NCBI GenBank assembly: GCA_963841735.1
Contig: CAWJDT010000001.1
Location: forward strand, 1,024,001 to 1,088,000
From: an uncultured Actinomycetes bacterium
GTDB taxonomy: Bacteria > Actinomycetota > Thermoleophilia > RBG-16-64-13
Length of the DNA stretch: 64,000 nucleotides
Direction: 5' to 3'
Positions 30,551 through 40,060 of this stretch are shown here, one piece after another (position 1 is the stretch's first letter; the number at the start of each line of letters is the position of its first letter). Below the pieces are notes generated by a model. The model was not told where the DNA came from, made no database searches, and saw only the letters and a list, made by a program, of their open reading frames with translations. Made by a program: the position numbers and the translations under genes.

Positions 30551-31637
30551 CCGGCTTCGTCGCGGGCTTCTTCGCGCCCTGGATCATCTACGCGCTCATC
30601 CTGGCGCTTCATCTGGTGATACCGGCCCGCAAGGTGGCGGGCTACGTCGCCGATGCGGCCACCGGCAAGCCCGCTGGAGTACCGGCTGAACGGCCCGCTG
30701 GTACTCGTGGCGCTGGCTCTGCTCTGGGTGCTGTTCGCCCGCACGGGCGTGTCTGGCCTGGGACTGGCTGTACGTGCACCGCTGGTCGGGCCTGATCGGG
30801 TCGGGTGTGCTCGGAGTTCTGTTCAGCCTCGCCGTGGTGCTGAGCGCTCCCAAGACGGGCCGCTCTCTCTTGGCCGACCTCTACTTCGGCCGCGCTCGCG
30901 AACCCGCAGTTCTTCGGGCGCAGGGTCGACGCCAAGATGTTCCTCTATCTTGTCGGCGCCTCCATGCTGGTGTTGAACCTGCTCTCCTTCACGCGCATAC
31001 CACATGCTCAAGTACGGAGATGACTTCTCGCCGGGCGTGCTCCTGTACTGCCTCCTGTTCGGGTGGTTTGCGCTGGAGTACCTGGTGTTCGAGCGGGTGC
31101 ATCTCTACACCTACGACATCTTCGCCGAGAGGGTGGGGTTCAAGCTCGGCTGGGGGTGTTTCACCTTCTACCCGTACTTCTACGCGGTTGGTCTGTGGGC
31201 GGTGGCGCACCGGCCCGATCCGGGTACTCCGTGGTGGCTGCTGGCCATCTACGCCCTCGTCTTCTTCACCGGCTGGGCCATATCGCGGGGTGCCAACATG
31301 CAGAAGTACTACTTCAAGACCCGGCCGGAGCGAGTCTTCCTGGGTTTCATCAAGCCGCGGGCCCTGACCGACGGGGAGAGCAAGCTGCTTTGCAGCGGGT
31401 TCTGGGGGGTGTCCAGGCACGTCAACTACCTTGGGCGAGATTCTGGAAGCGGTGGGCCTGACTCTGGTGTTGGGCTATCCCGGAGCCTGGATAGCGTGGC
31501 TCTATCCGCTGTACTACGTGGCCTTGTTCCTTGCGCGGGAACGGGCCGACGAGCGGCGCTGCGCGGCCAAGTACGGCGAGCTCTGGACAGAGTACACGCG
31601 CTGCGTGCCGCGGCGGATCATCCCTTGGCTCTACTGA
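30547..31637 (+). pseudogene. ERG4/ERG24 (sterol reductase-like) membrane protein with five apparent +1 frameshifts
   Basis: Segments YRLNG / LYFGR.NP / TYDIFAERVGFKLGWG / RGANMQKYYFK / LLCSGFWGVSRHVNYLGE / RERADERRCAAKYG..W.EY...VP..IIPWLY; repaired length 361 aa. Confidence 0.82.
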
Positions 31638-31721
31638 ACTTTCGCCCACTCTTCCTGAACGTGAGGGGTGCTGATAGCATCGTTAGTCGATGAGCGTCGG
31701 CGACATGCGGAGATGCCCTCT

Positions 31722-32630
31722 ATGAACCTGCTGCAGGCCATCGGCAACACGCCCTTGGTGGAGCTTGTCAATCTGAGCCCGAACCCGGACGCGAGCATCC
31801 TCTGCAAGCTCGAGGGCTGCAACCCCGGCGGATCGGTCAAAGACCGCCCGGCTCTCTATATGATCACCAAGGCCGAGGAGAGTGGCGAGCTCACCAAGGA
31901 CAAGGTCATCCTCGAGCCCACATCGGGTAACACGGGCATCGCCATAGCCATGATCGGGGCGGCCAAGGGCTACAAGGTCGAGCTGTGCATGCCCGAGTGC
32001 GTCAGCACCGAGCGGCGGCTGATCCTGGAGGGACTTGGCTCACAGGTGATCCTCACACCGGCCAAGGACAATATCGACGGGGCCATCCGGCAGGCCCATG
32101 CGCTCATGGAGGCCTCCCCGGGCAAGTACTACCTGCCCAACCAGTACGACAACGAAGCCAACGTGCTGGCTCACTTCGAGACCACCGGTCCGGAGATCTA
32201 CCGGCAGACCGATGGGCAGGTGGACTACTTCGTGGCCGGCATGGGCACCAGCGGCACGTTGATGGGGGTGGGCAAGTACCTGAAGTCGGTGAAGCCCTCG
32301 GTCAAGATCGTGGGTGCAGAGCCGGTGACGGGTCACACCATACAGGGTCTCAAGAACATGACCGAGTCCATGATGCCCGGCATCTATCACCCGGGGCAAC
32401 TGGATCAGAAAGAGATGGTCGAAGACGGCGAGGCCTTCGAGACCACCAGGCTGCTGGCTACCAGGGAAGGTCTCTTCGTGGGCACGTCGGCCGGGGCGGC
32501 GGTAGCGGTGGCGCTGCGTCTCGCCAGGACGATCGGCCGCGGGACCTTCGTAGTCATTCTCCCCGACAGGGGCGACCGCTACTTGAGCACCATGCAGTTC
32601 CGTTCGGTCTGCGCAAAGTGTCCGCCGTGA
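31722..32630 (+). CDS. PLP-dependent cysteine synthase family protein (CysM-like)
   Basis: IGNTPLV, KLEGCNPGGSVKDR, PTSGNTG, GMGTSGT, PDRGDRYLS. Confidence 0.93.
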   Translation: MNLLQAIGNTPLVELVNLSPNPDASILCKLEGCNPGGSVKDRPALYMITKAEESGELTKDKVILEPTSGNTGIAIAMIGAAKGYKVELCMPECVSTERRLILEGLGSQVILTPAKDNIDGAIRQAHALMEASPGKYYLPNQYDNEANVLAHFETTGPEIYRQTDGQVDYFVAGMGTSGTLMGVGKYLKSVKPSVKIVGAEPVTGHTIQGLKNMTESMMPGIYHPGQLDQKEMVEDGEAFETTRLLATREGLFVGTSAGAAVAVALRLARTIGRGTFVVILPDRGDRYLSTMQFRSVCAKCPP

Positions 32631-32685
32631 GCGTGGACTGCCTGCGCACCTGCTGGCGCACTTGGCGACCGGGTTGGTTCTGCCG

Positions 32686-33120
32686 CTAGAAGGCCCCTAT
32701 CTGGCAGTTGCGGACCTTCAGCTCCAGAAACTCGCAGGCATCAGCAACGGCCATCTTCGCCATCCCAAGAGATCGAGCGATCTCCCAGCATGAGAGGCAG
32801 TCGATTCTTCCCTCCACGGCTGCGGATGCCAGGAGGGCTCGTAGGCTTTCGGGCACCTCAGCAGCGGGCTTGACCAACCTCTTCTCCGGGGAATAGCCGA
32901 ACAGCCCCATCTGGCAATGGTAGATGCGGAGTTCGAGCAGGTCGGCCGTTGTGCCGACCTCGGCAGGTGTGACGGCGGCCTCCCCGGCGACCTCGTGCGC
33001 AACCGCACAGGGTATCTTGCCATCTTCGGCTCGCGTCTTGAGGGCCGCGGCGACGGCCTGATCGTAGGCGGCGCCGGCGGGGTGCTTGGCCCGGTACTTT
33101 CCTGCGTCTTCATGGGTCAT
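32686..33120 (-). CDS. Hypothetical protein with two Cys-containing repeats (CQxGxF)
   Basis: Own RBS (GAGGAG) and ATG 33120; G.I.C...CQMGLF and G.I.C...CQIGAF. Confidence 0.75.
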   Translation of the reverse strand: MTHEDAGKYRAKHPAGAAYDQAVAAALKTRAEDGKIPCAVAHEVAGEAAVTPAEVGTTADLLELRIYHCQMGLFGYSPEKRLVKPAAEVPESLRALLASAAVEGRIDCLSCWEIARSLGMAKMAVADACEFLELKVRNCQIGAF

Positions 33121-33146
33121 GATTCGCTCCTCAGGTGAAAGGCCGG

Positions 33147-34038
33147 CTAGGAGACCAGGCGGTGCACGGCTTCCCAGTACTTCTCGCTGGTCTTGGCGAC
33201 AACCTCCGGGGGCAGGATGCGGGGCCGGAGGCTCCTTGTTCCACTTGATGGCCTCGAGATAGTCGCGCACATACTGCTTGTCAAAGCTCGCCTGCGGGCC
33301 GCCCGGCTCGTACGATTCGGCAGGCCAGAAGCGTGAGGAGTCGGGGGTGAGGATCTCGTCGATGAGTATCAGCTCGCCGTTCTCCAAGAGGCCGAACTCG
33401 AACTTAGTGTCGGCGATGATGATGCCCCGCTCCAGGGCGTAATCGGCGCAGAAGCGGTAGATCTCCAGACTCAGGTCGCGCACCTTCGTGGCGGTCTCCG
33501 CACCGACTAAAGAGGAGGCCTCTTCGAACGAGATGTTCTCGTCGTGACCGGACTGAGCCTTCGTCGACGGAGTGAAGATGGTTTCAGGCAGCTTGTCCGA
33601 TTCAGTCAGGCCGCCGGGCAGGGGGAGGGCGCAGATGGTGCCCTGCTTTTGGTACTCCTTCCAGCCTGAGCCGGACAGGTAGCCGCGGACGATGGCCTCG
33701 ATCACCAAGGGCTGGGTGCTGCGTACCAGTACGGTGCGCCCATCGAGTTCAGGGCAATACCAGTCGAGTTCCGGGTACCACTTGGGACCAGGATTGGCAT
33801 CGACGATGTGGTTGGCGACGATGTGCTCCGTCTTTTTGAACCAGAAGTTGGATATCTGGGTGAGGATCTTGCCCTTGTCGGTGATGGGCGTCGGCAAGAC
33901 GTGGTCAAAGGCCGAAATGCGGTCGCAGGCGACGATGATGAGGTGTTCGTCACTGGGCTGGTACACGTCGCGCACTTTGCCTCTCCGCAAGAGGGCCAGG
34001 CCCCGCTGCTGAGATTCGAACATGGCGGAATGCGTCAC
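33147..34038 (-). CDS. purC: SAICAR synthetase, with an apparent +1 frameshift near 33219
   Basis: [45 protein letters not shown]; normal tail [13 protein letters not shown] in the shifted frame; repaired length 296 aa. Confidence 0.93.
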
Positions 34039-34195
34039 GGCTGCTTCCTCTCTCTCGGCTGCGCTCTTCTGCGGCCCCGGTGGGTCCGTCGACAGGGATA
34101 GTATCACCCGTTCGCTGGAACGCTCGGCGAGCGCATGTCGACGTAGCTTCGTCTAACATAAGGCAAAGGTGCAATCCGACGTAAGGAGGCAGGCG

Positions 34196-34501
34196 GTGGG
34201 TTACTTCAGGATGCTGGCGGCGATTCCAGGCTTCTTCTTGAGCTCGCTTTTCTTCATGCTGTTGTGGGGACCGATTTCGAGCAGGCTTGAACTCCCTGAT
34301 ATCGGCTACGTGACCTCTATGTTGATCATGGTCACGCTATGGATCGCGGTGGCCCCGCTGACCGCTGTCGGTCGGGGCAAGAAAGGGCTAGGCTATCTCG
34401 CCATCCACCTGCGAAGACCGAACCCCTGCCACTGGGAGGACATGGCGCACCTCGCGGATGAATATCGTGCAGACCAAGGCCACCGCCGCCAACCCGGCTG
34501 A
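34196..34501 (+). CDS. Small hypothetical membrane protein
   Basis: AAGGAGG RBS then GTG; two TM helices; true stop may be near 34391 if one G is extra. Confidence 0.6.
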   Translation: MGYFRMLAAIPGFFLSSLFFMLLWGPISSRLELPDIGYVTSMLIMVTLWIAVAPLTAVGRGKKGLGYLAIHLRRPNPCHWEDMAHLADEYRADQGHRRQPG

Positions 34502-35704
34502 GATGATGAAGCCGAGGTCGTAGTTGCCTGTCTTGTCGAAGATGACGCCGCCTAGGTAGATCCACAATCCCCCTCCCAGCATGTGGAGGGTGTTGATGAA
34601 CGCCGAGATGAAGCCGATGTGAGTCGAGCCGTACAGGTCGCCGACAAGCGTGGGAGTGAGCGGTGCCGTAACGAGCAGGGTGAGGCCGAAGCCCAGTGAG
34701 AATATCCAGAAGGGCGCCGCTCCTTTGACCAGCACCAGCATCACGAACAGGATGATCCTGAGGGCGAACGTGATGACGATGGGTGTCTTGTTACCGATGG
34801 CGTCGGAAGCGGGGCCGGCCAGAAGGATCCCCACCAGGCTTAGGAGGCCCAACCAGGCCAGCATGTTGGCGGCGACGGCGTCGGAAAGGCCGTAGTCGGT
34901 GACCATAGGTACGAGATGCGCGGCTACTAGGAAGTCGGCGCCCCCGCACGCGAACATGGCTGCCGCAAACAGCCAAAGAGAGCGGCTGCGCATGGCCTCC
35001 GCCAGAGTGAGGTCCCGCCGAGCGCCCGCCTTCGGGGGCGCCCCCGTCAGTGCAGGCGTGTCCCGCACCGGCCGTTGCCGGTCGTGTCTTCCATAGGGTT
35101 GCAGCCCCATTCTCTCGGGGGTGCCCCGGATGACTCCGAACGTGAGGACGAGGTTGACCACCAGAGAGAGGCCGGCTATCCAAAGGCACGCGCGTTGCCA
35201 GCTGGAGACGACGATCATGTCTGAGAAGACAGGCACGAGGAAGAACTGGCCGAAGCAGGTACCCGCGAACGCGAGGCTCACCGCCAAGCCCCTGCGCTTC
35301 TCGAACCAGCTGCCCATGAGCGAGCCGAAGAGGGCGACGGTGGTCCCGGCGAGTCCGACCGCATTCAGTACTCCGTAGTACAGAAGGAACCCACCCAGCG
35401 AGCCCATCTGGGCCATGAGCGCGTACCCGGCCGACCAGAACAAAGTCGACGCAGCGATGATCCACTTGGGGCCGTAGCGGTCGTACAGGCGGCCGGTGAT
35501 TATGGTGGCCAACGCATACACGGCCATGTTGAGGAATAGGGCGGAAGATATCGCGCCGCGGCTCCAGCCGAACTCGGCCGCGATGGGCTTCATCATCACG
35601 CCGATAGTGAAGCGTCCGCCTGAGTTCAAAAAGAGGATGACGAACGAAGCTACGAGGACGTACCACCCGTAGAACAGGCGGGGTTTGCGGCTTGGTTCGC
35701 TCAT
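34388..35704 (-). CDS. MFS transporter (OFA/monocarboxylate-like)
   Basis: FYGWYV, GRLYDRYGPK, WFEKRRGLA; 12 TM. Confidence 0.9.
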   Translation of the reverse strand: MSEPSRKPRLFYGWYVLVASFVILFLNSGGRFTIGVMMKPIAAEFGWSRGAISSALFLNMAVYALATIITGRLYDRYGPKWIIAASTLFWSAGYALMAQMGSLGGFLLYYGVLNAVGLAGTTVALFGSLMGSWFEKRRGLAVSLAFAGTCFGQFFLVPVFSDMIVVSSWQRACLWIAGLSLVVNLVLTFGVIRGTPERMGLQPYGRHDRQRPVRDTPALTGAPPKAGARRDLTLAEAMRSRSLWLFAAAMFACGGADFLVAAHLVPMVTDYGLSDAVAANMLAWLGLLSLVGILLAGPASDAIGNKTPIVITFALRIILFVMLVLVKGAAPFWIFSLGFGLTLLVTAPLTPTLVGDLYGSTHIGFISAFINTLHMLGGGLWIYLGGVIFDKTGNYDLGFIISAGLAAVALVCTIFIREVRHVLPVAGVRSSQVDGEIA

Positions 35705-35826
35705 GAGGGCATCCACTGGATTCTAGCGCACCGACGCGGGGCCGGACCGTCGCCGGCGGATCGTCTCTGTTGAACCGTCGTCGTACGGTCAAGAGGCCCG
35801 CGTTGCCTGCCGATGCTACTTCTGTG

Positions 35827-36417
35827 ATGAACGGGCAGACGCTCACCGGTACCACCCTCACCTGGAAGCTCACCTTCCAGTGGGTCGTGGGCATCTTGGT
35901 CACTGGTCTGCTGGCTGCTCTAACCTACACGCGCGCCGGCTGGACCCCTTGGCTGTCGAATGTCGATCTTGGCATCCATGAGTTGGGTCATATGCTCACC
36001 CAATGGGCCCCTGAGCTGCTGTGTCAGCTGGCCGGGTCGATCCTGCAGGTGGCTGCCCCACTCGGCCTTGGAGCGTATTTCTGGTGGCGGCACGACCGTC
36101 TTGCCGTCGTTGTGATGGCCGCCTGGGCCGCCGAGTCGCTGAACAACGTCTCGGTATACATCTACGACGCCACCCGCATGGCGCTTCCTCTGCTGGGCGA
36201 TGTCGACGGTTCCGGCGCGGGTCATGACTGGCGCAACATCCTGAGCCGGCTGGGCGCCATGGAGCATACGGATTCCATCGCCTACACCGTGCGCGGTCTC
36301 TCCGGTCTGCTCTTCGCGGTTGCGTTCGGCTTGACCGTCTGGTGGTGGGCCAAGGCCCGGCGCGAGTCTCTCAGAGAGCGAAATCCGAGGCCCGCTTTTC
36401 CACCGTTCGGTTTTTGA
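35827..36417 (+). CDS. Membrane protein with HExxH motif (M50-like)
   Basis: GIHELGH, YIYDA..MALPL, HDW..IL. Confidence 0.7.
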   Translation: MNGQTLTGTTLTWKLTFQWVVGILVTGLLAALTYTRAGWTPWLSNVDLGIHELGHMLTQWAPELLCQLAGSILQVAAPLGLGAYFWWRHDRLAVVVMAAWAAESLNNVSVYIYDATRMALPLLGDVDGSGAGHDWRNILSRLGAMEHTDSIAYTVRGLSGLLFAVAFGLTVWWWAKARRESLRERNPRPAFPPFGF

Positions 36418-37630
36418 GTGTGACGTAGTCGGGCAATCCGTCCGCATAGGGGGGATATTCCTCGCCCTGGATGAGGGGTAGCAGGTATTCCCTGCAATCC
36501 TCGGTGATCCCGAATCCGTCTTCGGAGATGTAGGCTCGGGGCATCTTCTTCTCGACATTGGCCACTTCGGAGAGCGCCGCCTCGCCCACTTCCCAAGCGT
36601 ATGGACGCGAAGACCTGCGCACGATGGTGGGCATCACCGAGTTCTTGCCTGCCAGAGCGAGCTCCACAGCGGCTTTGCCCACGGCGTAGGCCTGTTCGAC
36701 ATCCGTCTTCGAGGCGATGTGCCGGGCGGCGCGCTGTAGGTAGTCGGCGACCGCCCAGTGGTACTTGAGGCCTAGGCCGTCGCGCACGATTCCAGCCACC
36801 ACTGGAGCCACGCCTCCGAGCTGCGCGTGCCCGAAGGCGTCTTTGAGTCCCTGATCGGCCAGGAACTTGCCGTCCGGGCCCTTCACGCCTTCCGAGACTA
36901 CCACGGTGCAATAGCCCGTCTTCTTCACCAGGGAGTCGACCTTGGCCAGGAAACGCTCCTGGTCGAAGGTGTTCTCAGGGAAGAGGATCACGATGGGGAT
37001 CTCGGTCTTCTCGTCGGAGGCCAGGCCGCCTGCCGCCGCGATCCAGCCCGCGTGCCGGCCCATGACCTCGAGCACGAAGACCTTGGTGGAAGTGGCGGCC
37101 ATAGAGCGGACGTCGAAGCTGGCCTCCCGGGTGGAGACTGCGATGTACTTTGCCACCGAGCCGAAGCCCGGGCAGGTGTCGGTGATAGGTAGGTCGTTGT
37201 CCACGGTCTTGGGCACATGGATGGCCTGGAGGGACACTCCACTGGTCTCGGCGAGATGCGACACCTTAAGGCAGGTGTCGGCCGAATCTCCGCCGCCGTT
37301 GTAGAAGAAGTAGCCGATGTCATGGGCCTTGAAGACCTCGATCAGCCGCTCGTATTCGCGGCGGCTCTCCTCGAGGCTTTTCAGCTTGTAGCGGCAAGAG
37401 CCGAAGGCGCCGGAGGGCGTGTGACGAAGCGCGGCGATAGCCGCGTCGGATTCTTGCGAAGTGTCGATGAGGTCCTCGGTCAACGCGCCGATGATGCCGT
37501 TCCGGCCGGCGAAGACCTTGCCGATGGCGTCGGCATTCTTGCGGGCGGTCTCGATGACCCCGCACGCAGATGCGTTTATGACGGCGCTGACCCCGCCCGA
37601 TTGCGCATAGAACGCGTTCTTCTTGCCCAT
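36371..37630 (-). CDS. pfp: 6-phosphofructokinase, probably PPi-dependent
   Basis: AQSGG.SAVIN, NGGGDSADT, PKTVDND, EVMGRHAGW. Confidence 0.9.
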   Translation of the reverse strand: MGKKNAFYAQSGGVSAVINASACGVIETARKNADAIGKVFAGRNGIIGALTEDLIDTSQESDAAIAALRHTPSGAFGSCRYKLKSLEESRREYERLIEVFKAHDIGYFFYNGGGDSADTCLKVSHLAETSGVSLQAIHVPKTVDNDLPITDTCPGFGSVAKYIAVSTREASFDVRSMAATSTKVFVLEVMGRHAGWIAAAGGLASDEKTEIPIVILFPENTFDQERFLAKVDSLVKKTGYCTVVVSEGVKGPDGKFLADQGLKDAFGHAQLGGVAPVVAGIVRDGLGLKYHWAVADYLQRAARHIASKTDVEQAYAVGKAAVELALAGKNSVMPTIVRRSSRPYAWEVGEAALSEVANVEKKMPRAYISEDGFGITEDCREYLLPLIQGEEYPPYADGLPDYVTLKNRTVEKRASDFAL

Positions 37631-37715
37631 GGCCGTGTTCAACTCCTTGTTAGCCGTCGTTCACGTCCAATGATAACAACGCTGCGTGAGCTGAGGACCG
37701 ACTGTGAACGCGCGG

Positions 37716-38261
37716 CTACTGCTTGACCGCCACCTCTAGGAGTTCAACAGGTTTCTCCGACAGCATACTCACGATTTCTTGGTCGCCCAGTTCGAAGTTG
37801 TAGTAGCTCACGGCTTCGGCCAGGGCGTTGTCCTTGTCGGCCACGTGTTTTCCTCTGTAGTTCCCCAGATAGATGTTGCACTCCCCAAACTCAGACATGT
37901 GCGAGTCGCGGAGGGCTAGATACTCGGCGTTGAGCTCGGTCATTTTTGTCACATACGACCCGTAGAGCTCCTCCAACTGCGGCTTCAGAACGGCGGCAGC
38001 GGGCTTGTCTTTGGCCAAGTCGACCACCTTCGCCACCAATTCGTCGAAGGTGCCCAGCATCTTCTCTGCCACTTGTACGCCTTCGCTGTTCCCGGAGGGT
38101 TCCGAAGTTCCCGCGGAGACGGAGGATACGGATGTGGTCGCCGAAGCGACGGCTGCGGAGTCGGTGCCCCCGCATCCACCGGCAATCGCCATGACCAAGG
38201 CCGCCATCAGAAGCGTCATTATGAGCAGCGTGCCTCGTCTTTCGCGGCCGCCTCTGTACAT
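37716..38261 (-). CDS. Hypothetical lipoprotein
   Basis: GGAGG RBS; signal peptide ending IAGGC; Ser/Thr linker. Confidence 0.7.
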   Translation of the reverse strand: MYRGGRERRGTLLIMTLLMAALVMAIAGGCGGTDSAAVASATTSVSSVSAGTSEPSGNSEGVQVAEKMLGTFDELVAKVVDLAKDKPAAAVLKPQLEELYGSYVTKMTELNAEYLALRDSHMSEFGECNIYLGNYRGKHVADKDNALAEAVSYYNFELGDQEIVSMLSEKPVELLEVAVKQ

Positions 38262-38467
38262 CTGCTTTCCTCCCCGATTGGTGTGGGCTTGTGTGGCCAA
38301 GGCTCAGCCTGGCGCAAGCCACTATACAGGCTGCCTCCAGCGGCATGAAAGCTTCCGGCGTGTCGTCTTGGTGAGTCGGTCGGAACCGCGCTAGATAGTC
38401 AGCTGGCAGTGGGTGGGATACCGCCTGGTCGAGGAGTAGCCCCTTAGGGGTAGAATTGTCCTCATCC

Positions 38468-39853
38468 ATGGGACCATCGAAACAGAGAACGGTGCTGATC
38501 GTCGTGGCGACGGCCGAGTTCCTGACCACCTTCATGGTCTCGTCGATCAACATCGCCTTGCGCGCCATCGACGACGAATGGCACGTCTCGGCCGTCACTC
38601 TGAGCTGGATATCGATGGCCTATATCCTGACGGTGGCCGCGTTCATCATGCCGGCCGGCCGGCTGGCGGACCTCACCGGGCGCAGGCGGTTCTTCGGCCT
38701 CGGGATGGTCGGCTTCACCGTGCTTACCTTCGTGTCCGCCTTCGCGCCCTCCTCCTCGGTGCTTATCGCTCTTCGCCTGCTCACCGGGGCCGCCACGGCG
38801 ATGCTGTACGCCTGTACCGCGGCCCTGATAACGGTGGCCTATCCGCCGGAGAAGCGGGGTAGGGGCCTGGGAGTGCAGGTCGCTGGAGTCTACCTGGGGT
38901 TCACGCTAGGCCCGCTCCTTGGAGGCATCATCATCGACAGCCTGGGGTGGCGCTGGGTGTTCATTTTTGTCGGCGCTCTGGGAGCCATCAACTCCCTGCT
39001 CTCCTGGTGGGGCCTGCGCGGGGTCGAATGGCGCGAGCCGAAGCGCGCGCGTTTCGATGTCACCGGCTCGTTTGCGTGGGCGTTGGCGCTGATAGCGCTT
39101 CTCATCGGCCTCTCGCTTTTGCCTGAGACCCTGGGCTGGGTGCTTGTGGCCGCCGGGGCTTGCGGCATTGCCGGTTTTCTGCGGTGGGAGACGCGTGCCC
39201 AGGACCCCATCCTGAACCTCGGCCTCTTCCGTGAAAGTCGCGTGTTCGCCTACTCGAACGCTGCCACCTTCATCGGCTATGCGGGCACCACCGCGATGAC
39301 TTTCCTGCTCAGCCTATACCTCCAGTACAACATGGGGCTGACGGCGCGGCAGGCGGGAGTCATGTTTGTCGCTGGGAGCATCGTGCAGACCGTCTTCTCC
39401 CCCATCGCCGGCCGTCTGGCCGACCGTGCTCAGGCGCGCTTTGTCGCCGCGGCCGGTCTCGTGTTCTGTGTGCTGGGTCTAGGCGGGCTCGCGTTTCTAG
39501 GCAGTGCCACGGCCTATTGGTATGTAGTCCTGATGATGTGCGTCCAAGGCCTGGGTTTCGCTTTCTTCTCCAGTCCCATCATGCACGCGATCATGGGAAG
39601 CGTTGACCGGCGCTACGCCGGAGCCGCATCGGCGACGGTCGCGACCATGCGGATGACAGGGCAGAACATCAGCATGGGGCTGGCCACGGTTCTCCTTTCC
39701 GTCTTTGTCGGCCGCCACGCTATCGACAGGGTGGCCGACCTGCCGAACCTGCTCACCAGCATCCGGGTCACTTTTGTCATCTTGGCGGTGCTATGTGTCT
39801 TCGGCGCTGGCGCCGCGCTTGTCGGCCCTCGCAGGGAGCAAGGTGGGGCGTGA
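38468..39853 (+). CDS. MFS transporter, DHA2 (EmrB/QacA-like)
   Basis: INIAL, GRLADLTGRRR, GPLLGG; 14 TM. Confidence 0.92.
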   Translation: MGPSKQRTVLIVVATAEFLTTFMVSSINIALRAIDDEWHVSAVTLSWISMAYILTVAAFIMPAGRLADLTGRRRFFGLGMVGFTVLTFVSAFAPSSSVLIALRLLTGAATAMLYACTAALITVAYPPEKRGRGLGVQVAGVYLGFTLGPLLGGIIIDSLGWRWVFIFVGALGAINSLLSWWGLRGVEWREPKRARFDVTGSFAWALALIALLIGLSLLPETLGWVLVAAGACGIAGFLRWETRAQDPILNLGLFRESRVFAYSNAATFIGYAGTTAMTFLLSLYLQYNMGLTARQAGVMFVAGSIVQTVFSPIAGRLADRAQARFVAAAGLVFCVLGLGGLAFLGSATAYWYVVLMMCVQGLGFAFFSSPIMHAIMGSVDRRYAGAASATVATMRMTGQNISMGLATVLLSVFVGRHAIDRVADLPNLLTSIRVTFVILAVLCVFGAGAALVGPRREQGGA

Positions 39854-40060
39854 GGCAGTCTGAGACGCGCTGACGCTGCTCACCACCGAGCTGTTGACTT
39901 TCGCATCGGTGCGCGGTATGTAGATTAAGGGCTTCGCGTAGAAGTCTGATGTGTCGTGGGAGGAGTCATGGTAGTCGGCCGTTGGCACCGCTTTTCGGCC
40001 GGTCCCATGACGGGGGAGCTTTGGTACCTAGGGTATTAGCCAACGACGAAGGGGCCAGAA

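Noticed and set aside
32686-34107. 473-aa PurC fusion protein in the ORF track
   Set aside because: The normal PurC tail and stop lie in the shifted frame, and the downstream gene has its own RBS and ATG at 33120.
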